DNA of 60,948 nt, the filler included. It is 10 parts of 10 records of this genome, joined end to end, with 100 filler letters (N's around TTAATTAATTAA, not from the genome) between each part and the next. Parts side by side here need not be neighbours in the genome. Positions count along the whole stretch, not along the records: positions 54,326 to 60,948 come from SRR15195285_5560; 9 more parts are not named here. One strand, 5' to 3'. The notes under the pieces are model-generated. The model was not told where the DNA came from, made no database searches, and worked only from the letters and a program-made list of their open reading frames with translations. Positions 54,535 to 60,948 of this stretch are shown here, one piece after another (positions within the stretch are counted from its first letter, which is position 1; every line of letters starts with the position of its first letter). The position numbers and the translations under genes are program-made.

Positions 54535-57500
54535 ATGGGCTCGGGGCGCCTCCTCGTCTTCGTCTGGGCGCTGCTCGCCGCGCAGCCGGCGCTCGGGCAG
54601 CTCGGGCAGCTCGGCGCGCCCTCCCCGACCCCTCTCGAGGACGATCCGGGGGCGTGCGACTTACTCGAGGACGGCCCGGAGCACACCTGCAGCCTCGCGG
54701 AGCGGCGCCTCGTGTGCTTCCATGGTTGCAGCCGCGGGAGTCTGAACTGGACGAACTGGACGGATCCCAACGAGCAGGGGATGCTCGTGCAGTTCTCTCG
54801 GCCGCCGGGGAAGCTTGGGGGGGAGCTTGGGCCTCGCAGCTGCGTCAAGCTCGTAGTCACCGAGGCCAGGAACGTGCTGGGCTACGTCCTGAAGGATGGC
54901 CACCAGAGCTTCGCCGGCATCGACACGTGCGGCGAGCGAGTCGGGCAGCTCGACAGCCACATTCTACACTGGGACGATCCCGCTGGCGGGTGTGCACACG
55001 AGTCGTGCATCTCGTGGTTCAACGCGAGCGGCGCCAACTTCAGCGAGCGAGTCGAGCTTGCCCTGCTCGACGACGTCGACCAGACCGGGTTTGACCTGCA
55101 GCTGACGCTGCGGCCGAACCCGCTGCAGGGCAACGACTCGGAGGCCGAGTGGCTGAACTTCTCATCGTTCAAGTTTACCATCGAGCCCTGCAACATGACT
55201 GCACCGGTGACCGACCGAGCTCTGTTCTTGACGGCCGCACTCGACCTGACCGGGCTTATGATTGCCTTCGCGTGGGTGACGTGCTCCTGGACGTTCTTCG
55301 GCCAGGTAAGGCACTGGCGGGACATGCGCGAGTCGCGGCGACAGAGCGGCGCAGGGGGCTTTTTTGGCTCCCACACTCGTGCCTCCGGAATCGACGATGA
55401 GCTGCTGGACGACCTCCTTGGCCATCAGAATGCGGCCATGGACGGAGAGGTGTCACCGGTCGACGAGGACGAGTCGGAGTCGCAGCATGCTGTCCTGAGG
55501 AGACGAGCGAGACAACGAGCGTGGCGCGCCGACTTCATGGCCAAGCATCGGCTTACATGGCCTTACTACGTATGGGTAGAGCCTGACAGCACGATTTTAC
55601 GGGTTGCGGGCCAGCGGGCGCTGCAGTACATGGAGTTCCAATGGGCTGTGATTCGGCTACTACTGGGGCTTTGCATCCCCATGACTGTGATCGCCATCGT
55701 TAACTGGCAGGGTGAGTGGTGTCAAGACAGCAATACAAAGGCCATGACGACTGTCGTGGATCCCAAGTGGGGCATTCCCTTGCTCGATGGAGTCGGTAGC
55801 GACAACAACGACTACCTGTGCCGCCTGAGTTCGAATAACATAGCAGAGTCGCAGAGCGGCCTGTACTGGATACACCTTGCCGTGCTGATCATGTTCTCGG
55901 TCCTAACGTACGCTGTGAGCAAGCGTGATATCCTTGGTCGCACCGAACACAACTCTGTGTTCATCCAGCTGTTCAAGCTGTCGAAGCTGGACGCATTCGT
56001 GCCATCGTCCTTCTGGCACGGGGCGCATTGCCGTAGAAACAACCTGCCGCAGAAGCAAGTTGCTGGTGCAGAGCTCTCCTTGCCACTCGCCGAACAGCTT
56101 GCCGATGACCCTAGCAATAATGATCCCAAGACAGCAACGGTGACAGAGGCAGATGCGGCGACGACAGCAGGAAGTATAGCTGCGGTAGCGTCCCAGGCAG
56201 ATGAGGAGGAGGCGTCGCCTCAACAGCGGGTGGCTATTGGCTTATCGCGACCGGCGTCGCCGAGACGCATTCCTGCTGTGAGTGAGGACTTGGGTCTGGC
56301 AAGCAGTGTTCAGGGAGGGAGCAGTGATGACGAGTCGTGCAACAGCGCAGGAGCAGCTATTCAGACCAGTGGAACTGCTGGGGCTGCTGCAACTCAGCCC
56401 AACCTGCGTCAGACTGGATTTGAGTACGCGCACAATTTCTCGCTACAGCGACTGAAGGATGTTGCGCAGCCTGGTACAAGTGGCCACAAAACGAGCGTCG
56501 AGAGGCATCAGGTCTCACCTGCACGTCACGCGTTAATGGTGCGGCGTGTTTCAACGCGACATGAGGCAGACGCCCCGAATGGTTGGCTGCGCAGTACCCT
56601 TTACCGAGTGTTTCACCGTCCACCACACTGGAATGTTATCGATATTTTGGTGTTTCGCTCGTCCAAGTGGGACCAGTGCACGGCATTCGTCGTGTTTGAA
56701 TCGCCCGAGACACCTCTTGATATCATGAGGCGACATCGTGATGCGGCACAGAGGTCCTGGGTGGCAAAAGCGTGCTCGCCTCTTGCTAGCTGCTGCAGGC
56801 TTTGCGTCTTTCTCTGCCCGAAGCTGCCGTGCCAACGAGTCTCGTCGAGCTCATCGCGACGTAGAACACGATCAGGGCCCGTGAGCCAGGGCCAGCTGAT
56901 TGACAGCAGCATTTTCGGCTCGAGCCCTGACACTGACCGGCTGGGAATGCCAAACTGGGATCTTCAGCCTGGACCCATGAAGGAGGACCTGGAGGTGCGT
57001 CTACAGAAGAAAGGACGCATGCGGCATTTGAACAGGCCAGAGTGGCAGCGGACGGTCAGTGTTTTCGTCGGCACAACAGTGCTCATTATGCTGAGCGCTG
57101 TTGTTGTCTGCTCGAGCACATGGATGCCGGCGTTGGTTCATGGCTACAACGATGCGGTCACCGTGACCGATAAAACTGGGCAGGCTGCTGTTACGTACAG
57201 ACCAGCAACAGGCACGATGCAAGTTGCTGGAGCGTCAACCGCTGTCAATTTCTTTGCCACTTACATCCCAACTCTTGTGAATTTCGTCGTGATTGTTGGA
57301 ATACTGCCTACGCTGATTGACCTGGTCGCATACGTGTTCGAGCCACACTATCTTAAGTCTGATGTCCATCGCAGCGTGCTGCGCAAGAATCTCGGCTTAT
57401 TGCTTGCCAGCTCACTTATCTTCCCGAGCTTGGCGCTCAACAGGCTGGACAGGCTACAGTTGATCCTCTTCCAGATGTTTTCCAGATTTTTGTTGCTTGC

Positions 57501-58437
57501 AGAGCAGGAACATGGCCACATCCAGCAGCGACAACAGTGTAAAACAGATATGGATGATTCGGACGTACCTGAATTCTTTCAGGTGGCAGTCAGTCTCGGC
57601 ACCTACCCACTGCAGATCCTCTGGAATGGCTTCGGGTCGGCGTTTTCGGGGCAGGCTGCTGGGTACTTCTACCGCTATATGACGCACGCATCTCTCCTGG
57701 GGTTGGGTTCACAGCTAATGCTGATGCCAGACAAATTCTACACTGTGCTGAGCTGTCTGTTTCGGCGCAAACACGAAAGGAAACTGGTTTGGGAGTTCCC
57801 ACTGGAGTACAATTACGCATACTTTGCTTCGACGTTGGCGATCATCCTGGTTTACTCCATTCCACATCCACCGATCTTGCTGCTAGGCCTCTGTTATGCT
57901 TCGATGCGAGCGTTCGGGGACAAGTACGCACTGCTCTTCGCACACGAAGGCAACTTGGACAGCCACTTCACCGACGTGGATGTGGACGCGGACGGTGATG
58001 CAGATGCTGAAGAAGGCGAGGACGTCCAGTCGAGTGCACACTACCATGCGCGTACCCTGAATCTGACAGTCCACCATTTCCTGTTGGCGAGCATTGCTCT
58101 TCTGCAGTTTGCCATGTATAGTTTTCTCTACTCTGATGATCCGAATAGTGGAAAGCCAAGGTTCAGCCATGCTTGGGTGGCGTTGCTGCTCTTCTTCTTC
58201 AGCATTCTGGTGTTCATCCGGCGCATGTGCTCTAGGCGCTCGACAAAGATGGAAGCGAACAGCGAATCGTTGCCAGCAGCGATGGTTGAAGAAGGAAGCG
58301 CGATGCCCGACACTCTCAGTGGCTTCGGATACTACAACGACGATGGCACGGACCTGACAATCGATCCGACTGGGAGTTCACGCCTCACGCAAGGCACTGT
58401 ATCGATGACGCGCGCGGACGGGTGGGCACTAAGGTGA
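54535..58437 (+). CDS. OSCA/TMEM63 (CSC1)-like channel with added signal peptide and Cys-rich ectodomain, about 1300 aa
   Basis: G..ALQYMEFQ..VIRLL...VNWQG; LSSNNI....LYWIHL; HALMVRRV; TAFVVFE; W.LQPGP; FEPHYLKS; FYRYMTHASLLG; FPLEYNYA...ILVYSIPHPPILLLG..Y......DKYALLF. Confidence 0.82.
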   Translation: MGSGRLLVFVWALLAAQPALGQLGQLGAPSPTPLEDDPGACDLLEDGPEHTCSLAERRLVCFHGCSRGSLNWTNWTDPNEQGMLVQFSRPPGKLGGELGPRSCVKLVVTEARNVLGYVLKDGHQSFAGIDTCGERVGQLDSHILHWDDPAGGCAHESCISWFNASGANFSERVELALLDDVDQTGFDLQLTLRPNPLQGNDSEAEWLNFSSFKFTIEPCNMTAPVTDRALFLTAALDLTGLMIAFAWVTCSWTFFGQVRHWRDMRESRRQSGAGGFFGSHTRASGIDDELLDDLLGHQNAAMDGEVSPVDEDESESQHAVLRRRARQRAWRADFMAKHRLTWPYYVWVEPDSTILRVAGQRALQYMEFQWAVIRLLLGLCIPMTVIAIVNWQGEWCQDSNTKAMTTVVDPKWGIPLLDGVGSDNNDYLCRLSSNNIAESQSGLYWIHLAVLIMFSVLTYAVSKRDILGRTEHNSVFIQLFKLSKLDAFVPSSFWHGAHCRRNNLPQKQVAGAELSLPLAEQLADDPSNNDPKTATVTEADAATTAGSIAAVASQADEEEASPQQRVAIGLSRPASPRRIPAVSEDLGLASSVQGGSSDDESCNSAGAAIQTSGTAGAAATQPNLRQTGFEYAHNFSLQRLKDVAQPGTSGHKTSVERHQVSPARHALMVRRVSTRHEADAPNGWLRSTLYRVFHRPPHWNVIDILVFRSSKWDQCTAFVVFESPETPLDIMRRHRDAAQRSWVAKACSPLASCCRLCVFLCPKLPCQRVSSSSSRRRTRSGPVSQGQLIDSSIFGSSPDTDRLGMPNWDLQPGPMKEDLEVRLQKKGRMRHLNRPEWQRTVSVFVGTTVLIMLSAVVVCSSTWMPALVHGYNDAVTVTDKTGQAAVTYRPATGTMQVAGASTAVNFFATYIPTLVNFVVIVGILPTLIDLVAYVFEPHYLKSDVHRSVLRKNLGLLLASSLIFPSLALNRLDRLQLILFQMFSRFLLLAEQEHGHIQQRQQCKTDMDDSDVPEFFQVAVSLGTYPLQILWNGFGSAFSGQAAGYFYRYMTHASLLGLGSQLMLMPDKFYTVLSCLFRRKHERKLVWEFPLEYNYAYFASTLAIILVYSIPHPPILLLGLCYASMRAFGDKYALLFAHEGNLDSHFTDVDVDADGDADAEEGEDVQSSAHYHARTLNLTVHHFLLASIALLQFAMYSFLYSDDPNSGKPRFSHAWVALLLFFFSILVFIRRMCSRRSTKMEANSESLPAAMVEEGSAMPDTLSGFGYYNDDGTDLTIDPTGSSRLTQGTVSMTRADGWALR

Positions 58438-58550
58438 TGCAGTTGCAGTGTATGTTATAATGCAGTCCATGTTGACCACCTTCACATTCACAGAAGCAGC
58501 AAAAGTGTGCAATAGACTAGCCGGATCTAGACTGCATCAGTCCGGGATCA

Positions 58551-60740
58551 TCATCGGAGTGCCGTCGCTATTCTTTCGTCCTCGCTGTCCGTTTGAGCTG
58601 ACACCACTGTGGATCCTGATGCCACAGATGCCACAGACGCTGCCGAGCCACGTCGCTCTTTGGCGCCTAAGCCTTTCGCAGGTTTCGAGAAGACCGGGTC
58701 TCGACTGTCTTGTTCGGAGCTGCCATCTGTTCTCGCGGCTGGCCCAGCAGTGGTCTTTGGGTGCGAGCTACGACTGCTACCACGTGAATGGCTTGGGCGC
58801 GAGCGCGAAGAGTGTCCGGCGGGGGTGGTGCTAATTGCCATTCTGCTGCTCGCGCCACCCTCAATCTCCGGCAAATCGATCGGGTCAGCACCAGACCCAA
58901 CATCAGCGATCGGATCACTGCCGGCTGCGTCAGTTGTAATCACAATTGGTGGCAACCTAACCGATCCGTCATTTCCGTCAGTCTCGGCGTCAGGCTGGGC
59001 GAGGTGGTTCAGTTCCTTGCCATTGCTCGACGGATCGTCACCACGCCGATGGTGGTGTTTGTGATGAGAATCATGGTGGTGGTGGTGGTGGTGGTGTTTG
59101 CGGTGAGAGTCATGGTCGTGGCGATGGTAATGTCCTGAGTCATTTTCTGCTTTGTCCGACTCAGTAGCTGCCGTGGGTTCTTTGTCGCTGGGTTCTTGCG
59201 ATCTCGGCAGATTGCCAGCATCCTTCGCAGGATCAGTGTTGTCATCATCGGCAGCAGGATTTGCGTCCGGAGTAGTACTACTCTCCGATTGTTGTTCTGC
59301 AGAATCAGCTTTCGAGCTTCCACGATGGTGTCTTGAACGATGACGATGCCGCTTCGAATGATGAGTGCTGTCGATTACGAGCGCATGTAGACCTCTGACG
59401 AGTTCCGGGGAGAGATCGTCGAGCTCCAGCGTCACCCCATCTGTGTTGCCGTCTACTGCCAACATATCCATGGCAAGTTGGTAACCTTTTTTCGAGAGCA
59501 AGCCAACAGAGTCCACGATTTCTCTTTTCATCGCAATCAACTGGTCCGCATCTCTACCGATTGCTGCGCCGCGTCGCATGGTGGTAGATAGCTTTGACAC
59601 GAGCCGGAGTTTCGCCCATGCAGGTGCTACCGTGCCAGCATTGTCGTCATCACTGCCGCCCTCTGCGCTCTGGGAGCCGCTGCCCGTTGAACGAGACCGA
59701 ATGGACGCGGACGACGATGGGCGTTGATCGACTGCTGGTTGGTCGCTGTCGCCAGTTTGACCCAGGCCGAGGCTGGCGAATGCGCGCGCTCCCCTACCGA
59801 GTTGCTGCTGAGCGTGTCCTGCTGAGCCGGGACCCTCCGAGGGTGCTGCGGATTTAGCACCGAGCCCCTGCATGACCTTCGCGCTTTGCTGAAGTCTTTT
59901 CAGCCGTTGCATCTTGCTTACTGCCGGACGGCGCCCTTCAACAATCGCCAAGCTTTCGCTGATGATCTGCCGCACCTCAATGTGCCCGTTCGCAGACGCA
60001 AGCGAGGCAGCCGTCTGGCCGTCGCGGCGGCAGCGCTCAGGGTTGGCACCCGCATCCAGAAGGCGGGTTGTGGCCGCGACGTTGCCACACGCAGCTGCCA
60101 TGTGAAGCGCGGTCGCACCATTCGGCAGTTTCATATTGACGCACCCTGGCTTCGCTCGCAGGATTGCGTCGATCACAGCGACGTCGTCTTGATGCGCTGC
60201 CACAACTAGCGCGTTCGGCCTCCAAGCCGTGCTCCCGTTCGGCTCTGCATCAGATTTCAGCAGCAGTTCTACCACCGGTGGATGCCCGTGCTTAGCAGCC
60301 AGCAACAGCGGAGTGCTCTCGTCGCTGTCAGGCGAATCAATCGCTACACCTGCCCTGACTAACACCTGGATTACCTCCGTGCGGCCGTGCTTGGCTGCTG
60401 TGGCGAGGGGCGTCGATCCGTCCGAAGACCGCCGGAGCTCTGGGTCGGCGCGCGCCCCGAGCAGCAGCATCACCACCTTGGGCCAGCCATTCCGCGCGGC
60501 CACGAAGAGCGGCGTCACCCCGTTTGCATAGGACGCAGTGCTGAGCCGACGGTTCGCATCCGCCCCGTGCTGCAACAGCACCGAGACGACATCGTCGTGC
60601 CCGTACCACGCCGCGAGCATAAGCGGCGTGAAGCCAGAGGCGCGCTCCTGCTCCAGCAGCGCCACCCCCCCCTCCTCGAGGCAGCGCAGCACGGCGCCGC
60701 TGTCGCCCTTCTTGCAGTAGTCGTGGATGGACGGCGCCAT
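58551..60740 (-). CDS. Ankyrin-repeat protein (about 7 repeats) with ET/NET-like helical motif and His-rich tail, 729 aa
   Basis: GFTPLMLAAWYGH, GVTPLFVAARNG, GSTPLATAAKHG, STPLLLAAKHGH, GATALHMAA and GQTAASLA repeats, plus a poly-His tract. Confidence 0.88.
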   Translation of the reverse strand: MAPSIHDYCKKGDSGAVLRCLEEGGVALLEQERASGFTPLMLAAWYGHDDVVSVLLQHGADANRRLSTASYANGVTPLFVAARNGWPKVVMLLLGARADPELRRSSDGSTPLATAAKHGRTEVIQVLVRAGVAIDSPDSDESTPLLLAAKHGHPPVVELLLKSDAEPNGSTAWRPNALVVAAHQDDVAVIDAILRAKPGCVNMKLPNGATALHMAAACGNVAATTRLLDAGANPERCRRDGQTAASLASANGHIEVRQIISESLAIVEGRRPAVSKMQRLKRLQQSAKVMQGLGAKSAAPSEGPGSAGHAQQQLGRGARAFASLGLGQTGDSDQPAVDQRPSSSASIRSRSTGSGSQSAEGGSDDDNAGTVAPAWAKLRLVSKLSTTMRRGAAIGRDADQLIAMKREIVDSVGLLSKKGYQLAMDMLAVDGNTDGVTLELDDLSPELVRGLHALVIDSTHHSKRHRHRSRHHRGSSKADSAEQQSESSTTPDANPAADDDNTDPAKDAGNLPRSQEPSDKEPTAATESDKAENDSGHYHRHDHDSHRKHHHHHHHHDSHHKHHHRRGDDPSSNGKELNHLAQPDAETDGNDGSVRLPPIVITTDAAGSDPIADVGSGADPIDLPEIEGGASSRMAISTTPAGHSSRSRPSHSRGSSRSSHPKTTAGPAARTDGSSEQDSRDPVFSKPAKGLGAKERRGSAASVASVASGSTVVSAQTDSEDERIATALR

Positions 60741-60948
60741 CCTCTACAGCACCCCGTGTCGATGGCGCTGAGCCGCGCAGCCGGCAGCGAAACCGCCCGA
60801 TGTTGGTGGCGAAACGGCGCGAGGTTGGTGGCGTCGCGCCCCTCAGCAGTACAGTGCCCGGGAAGGAGAGAAAACACGGCGACCTGTCTCCGCAGCGCCC
60901 TCGTCGCCACCGTGTCCTTCACAGGCTGGCTCAGGATTCAACACTCCG

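Noticed and set aside
25138-58437. A physical Ca2+-signalling gene cluster (EF-hand receptor, Orai-like, NCKX-like, OSCA-like)
   Set aside because: These genes are on different contigs separated by linkers, so their adjacency carries no information.

Overview
This is eukaryotic, GC-rich protist-like DNA made of 10 short contigs joined by nine artificial 100-bp spacers (44 N + TTAATTAATTAA + 44 N), so genes on opposite sides of a spacer are not linked. Short GT-AG introns (about 55-180 nt) join many of the listed ORFs, and I rebuilt those gene models by eye. A SPEF2/CPC1 gene indicates a flagellated organism. All domain calls are motif recognition without database searches. Recognisable genes include SPEF2, VPS45 (partial), an S10 serine carboxypeptidase (partial), a sulfatase, an MHS-type MFS transporter, an NCKX-like exchanger and an OSCA/TMEM63-like channel. 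The strongest novelty candidate is a single beta-glucan polypeptide: signal peptide, GH128, KRE6-type GH16 carrying an apparently circularly permuted PA14, EGF, TM, then an FKS/GT48 synthase with an inserted cyclic-nucleotide-binding domain. Other candidates are an Orai/PGG-like 4-TM protein fused to aegerolysin-like and PH domains, an NCKX with lectin-like and PH domains and altered ion-site residues, a >3500-aa receptor-like protein with SH3 and EF-hands, a sulfatase with a PTS2-like leader, and a secreted TLDc protein. I saw no rRNA, tRNA, CRISPR array or transposase.
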